A DNA stretch of 64,000 nucleotides, from assembly GCF_006345805.1 (NCBI RefSeq), contig NC_043020.1, positions 12,710,001-12,774,000 on the forward strand, given 5' to 3'. Positions 38,201 through 51,827 of this stretch are shown piece by piece. Origin of the DNA: Octopus sinensis. Taxonomy: Eukaryota. Position numbers and translations under genes: made by a program. The first letter of the stretch is position 1. Every line of letters starts with the position of its first letter. The notes beneath the pieces were generated by a model. It searched no databases. It saw only the letters and a program-made list of their open reading frames with translations, and had not been told where the DNA came from.

Positions 38201-41200
38201 GCCTTAAAATTGCTGGCCTTGTGCCAAAAATTAGAAAGAAATTGTATCAGTTTGTTTTTATCAGCCCAAAGGAGGCACAGTGCAAATTTGGACCTTTTCA
38301 GAATTTGAACTCCTGATGTTGCAATGAAAGTAAAAGCAGCAGGCCATTATGGTTGACAGGAGCTGGCCAGGTAGAAAAACTACCCTAGGCTACTGTGTCT
38401 GTTTTGGCAGGGTTTTTATGGCCAGATGCCCTTCCTAACGGCGACCACTGCAGAGTGGACTCACTGCTTTTTATGTGGTACTAGCACAAGCGAGGTTAGT
38501 TTTGGCATGATTTTCACAGCTGGATGCCCTTCCAAATGCCAACCACTTTACAGTGCAGATTGGATGCTTTTTACGTGACACCAGCACTGGCAGGGTCACC
38601 AAGTAACTCACAAGACATGGAATTGTGAGAGGGGCCAGGGGCATTTGAGAAGGGGGAACTTGTCAGAGAATGAAAGGTTAGAGTGAGACAGAGAGGCAGA
38701 AACAGGTGTCTTGCTATAACATCTAAAGCCAAATTTTTTCAGGGGCCCTTAAAATACTATTGTGGATCCCAAATTTACTATTTGGTTGCGTGGATCCCCA
38801 AAAATCTTCTATGGACTCCGGTTGAGAACCACTGGTTTAGGGTTGCCTGATAATGATTGTATTTACTTTGTCAAAAAGGATACTTTCTGTTTAAGTGTTA
38901 GTTGTGTTGTAGGTTTAACTCTTTAGCATTTAAACTGGCAGTGTCAGGCTCATATAATCAAGCTGTTTGTGTTTAGGCTGGTCATGTGGAAGCACTCCGG
39001 TTACGACGATGAGAGTTCCGGTTGATCCGAATCAATGGAACAGCCTGCTCGTGAAATTAACTGGTAGAAGGTTAGAGATATAACATTAACAGTATATGTG
39101 TGTGTATGTAAAAGGGATGTATGTGAATGCTTGTGTGTGTGTGTGTGTGTGTGTGTGTATACATTAACAGCATAAATAATTAATAAATCTATATTTCGCT
39201 CTAACTAAGTAAATTTTTGTGACCTTTCTACTTAGAGAATCTATCAGCTTTTCATCACTCATTAAATGTACCAAACACCTCTTGATCATTTACATAAGAG
39301 CAATTCCCTTCTTTGTACATTATGTATGTATGTGTGTGTCTGTGTGTGTGGCATTTTATCTCTTGCTTTCTATTTTTAATGATGCTCTCCTTTATCTGTG
39401 TCCAGCCGTTTCAAGTATTGCTCCGATAAGCATTAAGCCGTAATAAATATTCAATGGATGACTTGGAACACTAAGCTGACGTTGATAAGTTAAGGAAGAA
39501 CAAAGCGAAAACAGTGGAACTAATTAATTATAAAAATGCTACCCGATCCCCATCCTTGCTACTCTCCTTCCCATGTCTTGCCCTCTGTTTTTTCACTCCA
39601 CTTCATTTTCCTTTGGTGGTTGCCAGTATTGTATTGTCTCACTAATTCAAAGCCCCTTGGATTCTATATCTGTTCCTGTTAATCAGCTCTCACTAATCAA
39701 TCGTATTTATCGATAACGAAGCACTTGTCATTTTCACTCTTCTTTTCCTTACCCCCCTCCTCACACCTGTTCTTCTTTGTTTTTGTCCATTAACTCCATT
39801 GTCATGTTGAGGTGGCCAAGTGGATGTAGGCATTTAACTACATGCCCCATGGGTCATTCTCATAATTTAATGTCTGTTGCCCATGCTGGCATGGGTGGGA
39901 AGGTTTGACTAGAGCTGGCGAGCCAGAGAGCTATACCAGGCTCCAGTCTGATTTGGCTTGGTTACTATGGCTGTGTGCCCTTCCTAACACCAACCGCTTT
40001 ACAGAGTGGGCTGGATGGTTTTACATGGCACTTCACAAGTGCTTTCATCTGGCACTGCACAGGTGCTTTTATATGGTGCCTCACAGGGGCTTTTACATGA
40101 AACTGCACAGGTACTTTTATGTAACACCACCACGAGTGCTTTTTATGTGGCACCCTCACAGGTCAGTCCTCTCTACCAAGAAAACAAGACTTAACACTTC
40201 TTATTTCTTTATTTGCCCACAAGGGGCTAAACATAGAGGGGACAAACAAAGACAGACAAAAGGATTAAGTCGATTACATCAATCCCCAGTGCATAACTGG
40301 TACTTAATTTATCGACCCCGAAAGGATGAAAGGCAAAGTTGACCTCAGTGGAATTTGAACTCAGAACATAAGGAGAGATGAAATGCCACTAACCATTTTG
40401 CTCGGTGTGCTAACGATGATACCGGTTCACCACCTTAATAATAATAATCTTTTCTACTCTAGACACAAGGCCCGAAATTTTGGGGGACAAACAGATTAAG
40501 TTGATTACATCGACCCCAGTGTGTAATTGGTACTTAATTTATCGACCCCGAAAGGATGAAAGGCAAAGTTGACCTCGGCAAATCCTTTCTGATATAGTCA
40601 CAAGCCCTGAAATTTGAGGGGAGCAGTAAGTTGATTACACTGACCCTAGTATCCAGCTGGTATTTTATCATTTTATTATTTGGCGGCAAGCTGGCAGAAA
40701 CGTTAGCACGCCGGGCGAAATGCTTAGCAGTATTTCGTCTGTTGTTACGTTGTGAGTTCAAATTCTGCCAAGGTCGACTTTACCTTTCATCCTTTCGGGG
40801 TTGATAAATTAAGTACCAGTTACGCACTGGGGCTGATGTAATCGACTCCATACCTATGTCTGTCCTTGTTTGTCCCCTCAATGTTAAGTCCCTTGTGGGT
40901 AATAAAGAAATAGGTATTTTATCATCCCTGAATGGATGGATGAAAGGCAAAGTCAATCTCGGCAGAATGTGAACTCAGGATGTAAAGTTGGAAGAAATGT
41001 TGCAAAGAATTTTGTCTGGCAGGCTAATGGTTCTACTCGCCCAAAACCTTATGTATAATAACCCTTCCTATTACTGTATAATTAATCCTAGTAGAATATT
41101 TGGAGTAATATTTTAATCTAAACGCCAATACATAATTAGAAGTGGTTTTGGTTGATTAGCAGCATATGGGCAGGGGGTGTTTTGGTAACATGGGAACAAG

Positions 41201-44200
41201 TGTGGTTTCAGGATTTTGGGATGGAGAGAGAATCTGGTGGTTGGTTTCAGTGGTTTTTGATTTCAGGTGTTTTTTTTTTTTTTTTCCTTTTTTCCATCAT
41301 GTTAGTTTGTACTTTTATTGTATCCCACCTCCATAACTACTTAAACTCTTTGGTTATTGTATTCTGAGGTTCCTTCTACTCCACACACCACTACCACATC
41401 CAGCCATGCATAAATATGTTTTTTTTTACCTGCAATAAAGTTATTACAAATACAGGTGAGTCAGTGATATGGTAATTGGTTTTTCGACACATAAGTCCTT
41501 GTTCTTTGTTCAATCTCAAAACTGGAATCAATTCATAAACCACAACCTGTTCTCGAAAACATATTTACATCAGATTGTTGAATCGATTCAGTGTTTATCG
41601 TTTTAGGTACCTGAGAATGCACCTCGTTATCTAAGTGAGGAATAATAGTTCAACCATGATACACCTGTGCTTTCTGAAATTTGAAAGTTCCATTTCTTCT
41701 CTTTTATATATTTCTTGTTTCTTTACTGCCCACAAGGGGCTACACAGAGAGTGGACAAACAAGGATAGACAAATGGATTAAGTCGATTATATTGACCCCA
41801 GTGCATAACTGGTACTTATTTAATCGACCCTGAAAGGAGGAAAGGCAAAGTTCACCTTGGCGGAATTTGAACTCAGAACAGTTTGGCAAAAGAGACCGAT
41901 AGAATAAGTACTAGGCTTACAAAGAATAAATCCTGGGGTCGATTTGCCCGACTAAAGGCGGTACTCCAGCATGGCCACAGTCAAATGACTGAAACATGGA
42001 AAAGAGTAAAAGAGTAAACTGGTCTTATTTGGCCTCTCACACTTACTATACGATGCCAATTTCAAAATATAGAATCACATCATTGAAATCTCAAAGCTGT
42101 GATGTAATGCATGATTAATTCAAACCAATTTGAATAATTAAGCATTATGTTTGACAGAGTAATCTGAATGCGAAAGGGTTAAGGGTACACGTGTCTGTGG
42201 AGTGCTCAGCCACTTGCACATTAATTTCAGGAGCAGGATGTTTGGTTGATCAGATCAATTGGAATCAATAATTGATGGAGAGCCAGGCATGCGTTTCATC
42301 TACAGGAAGTTTTGAAACTCGGTTCCAGATCAGACCAATAAAATACTTGTTTTAATTACATGGTGTTCCTGCCACTTGCAACAATAAACCATTTTCCGTT
42401 GCAGGATAGATTAAGTATTATCTTTAAAAAAAAACTTACCCGGTTCTTTAGTTCAAGTTATCCATCTCTCTGGTGCTAACTTTGGTATCTGTCAATGGAA
42501 GATTTTGAGTTATGTTAGAGGAGACGCTGTTCAAATGCACCACGTGTAGCTATCAAACGCAGTTAGCAATCAGATCGGAAGCCTGAATTTCAATAGTTCA
42601 AAGTTTACCTCACTGATTGATTATTATTTGAAAATATTGACTGTGTTCCTATTCTCTCTTTTACTCTTTTACTTGTTTCAGTCATTTGACTGCAGCCATG
42701 CTGGAGCACCACCTTTAATCGAGCAACTCGACCCCGGGACTTATTCTTTGTAAGCCCAGTACTTATTCTATCAGTCTCTTTTGCCAAACTGCTAAGTGAC
42801 GGGAACATAAACACACCAGCATCGGTTGTCAAGCAATACTAGGGGGACAATCACAGACACACAAACACACACGCACATATATATATATACACATATATAC
42901 GACGGGCTTCTTTCAGTTTCCGTCTACCAAATCCACTCTCAAGTCTTTGGTCGGCCCGAGGCTATAGTAGAAGACACTTGCCCAAGGTGCCACATAGTGG
43001 GACTGAACCCGGAACCATGTGGTTGGTAAGCAAGCTACTTACCACACAGCCACTCCTGCACCTACTACTTTTTCCAAGTTGGTTGAAGCCCTACAAAGCC
43101 AGCCTTGCAAGCCAACCTTTTTTTTACTTGTCTCTGTCATCAGACTGTGGCCATGCTGGGGCACCATCTTGAATTCTTAGTTGAAAGAATCAACCACAGG
43201 GCTTATTCTTTTGTTAAGCCTGGTACTTATTCTATCAGTCTCTTGCCAAATTGCTAAGTTACAGGGATGTAAACACACCAACACTAGTTAAGTGGTGGTG
43301 GGGGACAAATACACACACCTTTTCTTTTGTTTACTTGTCATTAGACTGTGGTCATGCTGGGGCACCACCTTGAGGAATTTCAGTCAAACTAATTGACCCC
43401 AGGACTTTTTTTTTTTGTTAAGCCAGGTACTTATTCTATCAGCTCTTTTGCCAAACAGCTAAGTTACGAGGACATAAACACACAAACACCGGTTGTCAAG
43501 TGATGGTGGGGGATGAACACAAACACTCACACACACACACACACACACACACAGACATATATGATGGGTTTGGTCAGCCTGAGGCTATAGTAGAAGACAC
43601 ACGTCCAAAGTGTCATGCAGTGGGACTGAACCCAGAACCATGTGGTTGGGAAGCAAGCTTCTCGCCACATGGCCATGTCTGCATCTTGTTACATCGCACA
43701 TTGCCTCTACTGTTTACAACAACGAAAACTATTTGTGTTAGTAAAGCATCAAGAATTAGTTAAAACTCGTTTGCGGTGGAAAACTCCATCTATTCATAGA
43801 GGCCTAATGAGGGAGCCTCTATGTAGTCACTCGACCTGCTAGAAATAGCAACCAAATTTTCCCCCAATTTCTTCTACCATAACCCTTTAGTATTTAAACC
43901 AGCCGTATATGCAGTCGAAATATTCTACATATTCTATATTCGAACTGGCCACATCTAGCTTCTCACACCTACCCTACAATGTCATTCTAATTATAAACAA
44001 GTAAGAGTAAAAGAGAGTAAAGCGTATTTAAAACGGTGATGAGGATGGTCACCTATATTGACTGTTGGTACCTGTTTTCAGTCAGGTGATCTAATGAGAG
44101 ATATCGTGAGCTTGGTTTTTTTTTTTTTTATTTTTCTGATTAATTATTACTCTCCTAATTAATTCTATTTTAAGCTTGAGCTTTTATTTTTCTTGATTTG

Positions 44201-46545
44201 TTTAATTTGTTTTTAATATAAATTGAATTTCAGAACAAGAAGCATCGCTCTATGCTGAGAGTCTCTTCCTTGGCCAACCTACTCTCACCTGCAAAACCTG
44301 CGAAGAAAATGGGACGAGCTTTACAGGTGAGCTTTTTGGTTGTTTTTTCTTATTGTTGTTTGACCCTGCTCCCAACGGGTCACCACACACCGATCTGATC
44401 TCCAATTAAAGTGGTCCATCTATCACAGTCCTGTCTATTTTTCAGGAATAGTGTATCTAGGACTACATTATTCAGTGTGTCCTATTTTTTTTTTCATCCT
44501 AAGACAGTGTGTGCTTTGAGAGAGATATTTAGGTGCTATTTCTAGCACGTTGATCTGCAACATGCAGGCCCCCTCTTTAGTTCATTTTGTTTTGTGTGTG
44601 TGAGAAAGAGATTGTGTGTATTTGGGGTTTAAGTGTATGTTCCTGTTGATCTTACTCTTTTACTTGTTTCAGTCATTTGACTGTGGCCATGCTGGAGCAC
44701 CGCCTTTAGTCGAGCAAATCGACCCTGGGACTTATTCTTTGTAAGCCCAGTACTTATTCTATCGGTCTCTTTTGCCGAACCGCTAAGTGACGGGGATGTA
44801 AACACACCAGCATCGGTTATCAAGCAATGCTAGGGGGGACAAACACAGACACACAAACACATACACACACATACATATATACATACATATACGACAGGCT
44901 TCTTTCAGTTTCCGTCTACCAAATCCACTCACAAGGCATTGGTTGGCCCGGGGCTATAGCAGAAGACACTTGCCCAAGATGCCATGCAGTGGGACTGAAC
45001 CCGGAACCATGTGGTTGGTTAGCAAGCTACTTACCACACAGCCACTCCTGCGCCTTGATTGTGTTTGATTAGGTGCAGGCTAGAGTTACTTCCCAAACAT
45101 GTGGTTTGAGTTCAGTTCCACTGCTAAGCACCTTTGGGCAAATGTCTTCTAATATAAACCTGGGCTGACCAAAGTCTTGTGAGTGGATTTCATAGACATG
45201 AATTGAAAGGATGTGTGTCCTTTTGTGTGCGCATACCCTTGTGTGTCCCCTTGTCTTGACATCATTTGAAGATTGTAAGCGAGCATCACTGTCATACAAG
45301 CAATGTCATCATCATCATCATCATCGTTTAGCGTCCGCTTTCCATGCTGGCATGGGTTGGACGGTTCAACTGGGGTCTGGGAAGCCAGAAGGCTGCACCA
45401 GGCCCAGTCTGATCTGGCAATGTTTCTACGGCTGGATGCCCTTTCCTAATGCCAACCACTCCATAAGTGTAGTAGATTTGTTTCAAATCTATTGTGAGGC
45501 AGATGAAGGTTGGCAACAAGAAGGGCATCCAGCAGTGGAAAATTTACTTTAGCCCTTTTGTTACCAACCTGCTGAAGCCAACTCTGGCTCTGCAGTACAA
45601 TGTCTTGTTTTTATAAGTTTTGAATTAAAATCTTCCACCAAACCTTAGTCACAATTTATGTTCCTAACACAAGCTGAATGATAACTAAGTTATTTTACTA
45701 AATTCTTTGTTATATTTAAAGTAATTGAAAGAAACACAGAGCATCTCTAAATAAATACAGTAACAAAAGGGTTAATGAATTCTGGCTGACCCATGCTGGC
45801 ATGGAAAATTAGACATTAAAACAATGGTGATGATGTACATAAATATGTTGTCTCTGTATAAATGTATATCTCTTTACTCTTTTACTTGTTTCAGTCATTT
45901 GACTGCGGCCATGCTGGAGCACCGCCTTTAGTCGAGCAAATTGACCCTGGGACTTATTCTTTGTAAGCCCAGTACTTATTCTATTGGTCTCTTTTGCCGA
46001 ACCGCTAAGTAACGGGGACATAAACACACCAGCATCGGTTGTCAAGCATTGCTAGGGGGACAAACACAGACACACAAACACACACATATATATATATACA
46101 TATATACGACATATATACGATTTGGTAGACAGAAACTGAAAGAAGCCCGTCATATATATGTATATATATATATAACGGGAAGCTTTATGAAAATAGACAA
46201 AAGACGAAGGCAGGTGGAAAACAAACGAACAATTGTATTAGTATGGCGCTCAGGAAATATAAATAAAACAAGTCTTTAACGTTTCGAGCCTACGCTCTTC
46301 AACAGAAAGATACACAGAGAGAAAAAAAACACAGAAAGAAGGAGAGAAAAAAAATGCGTGCAGTAGCTAACGAATCAACATGGCGATCTGATTTCGGCCA
46401 GAGGTCAAAGATCAAACATGGGACGCGAGAGCGAAATAAGGGGAGATAATAGGGTTGATAATATGGTTGAAGGACCAGCTAATAGTGCGTAGGAGGGGGT
46501 CTGGATGTGTGTATGTATAGGGTTGGTGTATGTATTAGTATGTAT

Positions 46546-46588
<43 letters not shown>

Positions 46589-49500
46589 GACGTATATATA
46601 TATATATATGTGTGTGTGTGTATATGTTTGCGTGTCTGTGTTTGCCCCCCCCCCCAACATCGCTTGACAACCGATGCTGGTGTGTTTACGTCCCCGTCAC
46701 TTAGCGGTTCGGTAAAAGGAGCCCGATAGAATAAGTACTAGGCTTACAATGAATAAGTCCTGGGGTTGATTTGCTCGACAAAAGGCGGTGCTCCAGCATG
46801 GCCGCAGTCAAATGACTGCAACAAGTAAGAGTAAAAGAGAGAGGAGAAGAAGAATACAGTGTATGAGTGAGAAAATGGGAGAGGCAGGAAAATGGAATAA
46901 GAAAATGTTTCGATCAGGCTGTGGCCATGCTGGGGCACCACCTCGAGGAATCTTAGTTGAACAAATCAACACCAGGACTTTTTTTTTTGTAAAGCCTAAT
47001 ACTTATTCTATTGGTCACTTTTGGTGAATTGCTAAGTTAAGGGGGTGTAAACACACCAACACCAATTGTCAAGCAATGGTTGGGGAAGAGACACAGATAC
47101 ATACACGCGCACACATGTATACGATGGGCTTCTTTCAGTTTCCATCTACCAAATCCACTCATAAGGCGTTATATAATATATTTATGTATCTGTGTGTATT
47201 ATTTCCTTATTGCCCACAAGGGGCTAATCACAGAGGGGACAAACAAGGACAGACAAAGGGATTAAGTCTATTATATCAATCCCAGTGTGTAACTGGTACT
47301 TAATTTATCGACCCTGAAAGGATGAAAGGCAAAGTCGACCTTGGCAGAATTTGAACTCAGAACGTACCAGCAGATGAAATACCTATTTCTTTACTACCCA
47401 CAAGGGGCTAAACACAGAGGGGACAAACAAGGACAGACAAAGGGATTAAGTATATTATATCAATCCCAGTGTGTAACTGGTACTTAATTTATCGACCCTG
47501 AAAGGATGAAAGGCAAAGTCGACCTTGGCAGAATTTGAACTCAGAACGTACCGGCAGATGAAATACCACTAAGCATTTCGCCCAACGTGCTAACATTTCT
47601 GCCATCTCACCCCCTTAAATCTGTGTGTGTTTCTGTGTTTGCTTTCCCCCACTGTTTGACAACTGGTATTAGTGTTTATACTAATACTTATTAGTGTTTA
47701 TATTTCGTCTGCCATTACGCTGTGAGTTCAAATTCCGCCGAGGTTGACTTTGCCTTTCATCCTTTCGGGGTCGATAAATTAAGTGCCAGTTACGCACTGG
47801 GGTCGATGTAATCGACTTAATACCTATGTCTGTCCTTGTTTGTCCCCTCTGTGTTTAGCCCCTTGTGGGTAATAAAGGAATAGGTATTAGTGTTTATATC
47901 CCTATAAATTAACGGTTCTGCAAAAGAGGCCGATAGAATAAGTACTAGGCTTGAAAGAAGAATCAATCCTGGGGTCAGTTCGTTCAATTAAATCCCCTTC
48001 AAGGTGGTGCCCCTGCATGGCCACAATCAAATAACTGAAACAAGTAAAAGCTAATTGCTGAAAGATGACTAGTAAACCCTGTCGTTTTTGACAGGTACTG
48101 CACTAGTTGTTTACTGTTGTATTTAGTGGAATGTCATCATCATCATCATCACCACTACCATCATAATCACCACCATCATACCATCATGTCTGTCTTCTCA
48201 GAAACTTGTTTCTACCTCTTCACATTGCCTCCTCTTGCATTCGTGTGTGTATATGTCTGTGTATATATTTTATTGATTATTGTTATATAGAGCTGTTCTC
48301 TTGCCAACTGTTATATTGGTTGACACTATGTCTAAATTGCAAAAGGTCTTTAGTTTAAATTTGAAAAAAAAAAAAGAAAATTTTGTATTTTTTCCCCCCC
48401 ATTTCTACCAAACTGTCTGTTAGTCTTTGATGCTTTGCAATAAAACAACAAAAGTGATCAAAGAGAATTCTGTTAACATTCGTCGTAATATCAATAGCTA
48501 TTTCAATCTCTCATCTCTCGCTATTGATCTGCCATCGATTTATATGAACAACCAGCAATCTTACTATATGTCACACTGCTCGACTTTCACAGAACATTCG
48601 AAGAAAGATTTATCTCCCCCTTAAATTATAGATCGCCTGCATTGGCACTAGGCCACACATTAAAAGAGCAGTGGCCGATGTTCTTTGAATCATTGTCCCA
48701 GCACATCACCACTACCATCAATATGTGACTATTACCTATTTTAATGATTCTAGCAAACATACGTGTAGGTGTGTGTGTATATCATTATTATTATCATCAT
48801 GATCATCGTTTAACATCCGTTTTCCATGCTAGCATGGGTTGGACGGTTCGACCAGGGTCTGGGAAGCCAGGAGGCTGCACCAGACTCCAGTCTGATCTGG
48901 CAGTGTTTCCACAGCTGGATGCCCTTCCTAACGCCAACCACTCCGTAAGTGTAGTGGGTGCTTTTAACATGCCACCGGCACAGGTGCCAGGGGAGGCTGG
49001 CAACGGCCACGATCGGTTGGTGCTTTTTATGTGCCACCGACACAGTGGCTGTGAGAAGTTTGCTTCCCGACTACATAATTCTGGGTTCAGTCCCATTATA
49101 TGGCACCTTGAGTAAGTGCCTTCTACTATACCCTCAGGCCAACCAAAGCCTTGTGAGTGGATTTGGTAGACGGAAACTGAAAGAAGCTGATCATATATAG
49201 ATATACGCTGCAATGGGTAAATTGTCACCATTTTATATCTTCAATTTTGTGCATGGGCAGTGTTTGCTTTTGGCTTTGTTGACTACACCATATAGTAGGG
49301 TCAGGTGAGCATCATCTGTGAGAGAAACAGCACCATGACGCAATTCTAGCAGAAATTTGGAAACATGCTGTACTGCTTGGCATTCACACCGGAAGCTCCA
49401 GTGCGAACATTTCAGAGTGTTTGGGTGTTAATCTGAGGACAGTACAGAGGATTCGGAAAGAATTGGATGAGTCTAATGGTCACCACTTAGTGTATTGGGT

Positions 49501-50204
49501 ACTTTCATGCAGCATCAGCGCGGGTGCTTTTTATGTGGGACCAGCACCCATGAGCCTGCAAGATTAGGATCACTCAGCTGAAGCGGGATGCAGGGGATAT
49601 TATTATTATTATTATTATGAAGATGGTGAGCTGACAGAATAGTTGGCGGCATTTCGTCTGTCTTTATGTTCTGAGTTCAAATTCCACCGAGGTCGACTTG
49701 GCTGTTCATCCTTTTGGGGTCGATGAAATAAATACTGCTAGAGTGCTGGGGCCAATTTCAAGCCTCGTACCTATAGAAGAAATGATTATTATTTATAATA
49801 GTTTGATTTGGTTCCATGTGTCTAAAAGTTCCGTGGGCTTCTAGGAGAAAGCCATCTCTTTCGGCCTTTGATTATTGGAACTAGAAGCTCACAAAACTTT
49901 AAGTTGCGTGGGGCAGAATCAGACTGTTTTAAATAATACTGTGTGTAGCTCCTAAATGTGTCAAATGTCTTTTCTTTCATGTGTGTGTATTTTTATATAT
50001 ATATGTGTGTATTTATATATATCTATTTACACATACATAGGCGCAGGAGTGGCTGTGTGGTAAGTAGCTTGCTAACAAACTACATGGTTCCGGGTTCAGT
50101 CCCACTGCGTGGCATCTTGGGCAAGTGTCTTCTGCTATAGCCTCAGGCCAACCAAAGCCTTGTGAGAGGATTTGGTAGATGGAAACTGAAAGAAGCCTGT
50201 CGTA

Positions 50205-50261
<57 letters not shown>

Positions 50262-51476
50262 GTTTGTGTATATGTTTGTGTGTCTGTGTTTGTCCCTCTA
50301 GCATTGCTTGACAACCGATGCTGGTGTGTTTACGTCCCCGTCACTTAGCAGTTTGGCAAAAGAGACCGATAGAGTAAATACTAAGCTTACAAAGAATAAG
50401 TCCTGGGGTTGATTTGCTCGACTAAAGGCGGTGCCCCAGCATGGCCACAGTCAAATGACTGGAACAAGTAAAAGAGTAAAAAAGAGTATACACACACACA
50501 TGTGGCCATGTGGTAAGAAGCTTGCTTCCCAACCACATGGTTCTGGGTTCAGTCCCACTGCAATGCACCTTGGGCAAGTGTCTTCTACTATAGCCTCGGA
50601 CCGGCCAAAGCCTTGTGAGTGGATTTGGTAGACGGAAACTGAAAAGAAGCCTGTCGTATGTGTGTGTCTGTGTTTGTCCCTCCACCATTGGCTTGACAGC
50701 TGATAGAATAAGTACTAGGTTTATAAGCCCTGGGGTCGATTTGCTCAACTAAAGGCGGTGCTCCAGCATGGCCGCAGTCAAATGGCTGAAACAAATAAAA
50801 GAATATATATATATATATACACACACACACGTACATACATTTTCTTGTCCTCTTCCTTCATCTTGTTCTTATTTATTTTTCACTGTTTTCATTGATTTTG
50901 TTTTTCTTTTTATTTTTCCTTCCTCACTTATTCTCCTTCATCTCTCAACTAATCTCCTTCCTTCGCCTTTTTCCCCCCTCCTCATCGCTGTTTCCTCCCT
51001 TGCTTCCTTTCCTGCTTGTGCTCTCCCTCTCCTGATTTTACTCTCCATCTCCCCTTACTCTCCTATCTCAACACTTCCTACTCTCCTTTTCCTTCCTTAC
51101 ACCCTCTTATTGCCCCCTTCCTCTCCCACCCAACAGCTCTCACTTCTTTCTTTCTTTGTTTCCACTTGCTCTTCTCTCTTCCTCTCTTCCGTTGCTGTAT
51201 ATAAAATTGAATCAATCTCTACAGTAGGTGTATATATTTTTAAACATTCAATACACACTAGAATCATTTTGATGTTGTTATTTTGAGTCCCAACTTAGTC
51301 CTCGGTGGCTAACAGCATTCCAACCATGGCCATTCCATCTTATTTTCAGACATAGTAACAGTTCTGACCACATTATCTGATGTGGTGTTTTTCCATTTAT
51401 TTATGAAGATAATAGGAAGACATTTTTTTTAACTGCTATGTCTAGCCTGCTGAACAAACCACGTAGCTGCTTCCCC

Positions 51477-51510
<34 letters not shown>

Positions 51511-51796
51511 GTCTCATCAGTGGAGCTATTCCATAAAGATCAGTGTTTGTTTGTTTGTTGTTGTTTTAGTTGGGGGTGGGGCGGGGGTAGTAGCTGTTGC
51601 ACTGTTGGAACAGAAACGGGGGTGGGTGGGGTGGGGTGGGGAGAAATGATAAAGAAAGAAGGGAAGAAAGAAAGAAAGAAAGATGGCAAGCTATGGGTGT
51701 GCGATGGAGGAAGGACGGTGGGGGGGATGGTTGGTGGTGGTGGTCTGGTTTGGAGTGCTGCGAGTGTGACGCTCTGAGTCATCTAGTGATGAATGT

Positions 51797-51827
<31 letters not shown>

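Noticed and set aside
42430-42560. Strong minus-strand donor (CCGG|GTAAGT) suggesting a nested antisense gene
   Set aside because: All three frames upstream are closed by stops and no partner exons were found.
48427-48624. 65-aa ORF in unique sequence as an extra exon
   Set aside because: No acceptor/donor pair in the right phase and no recognisable similarity.
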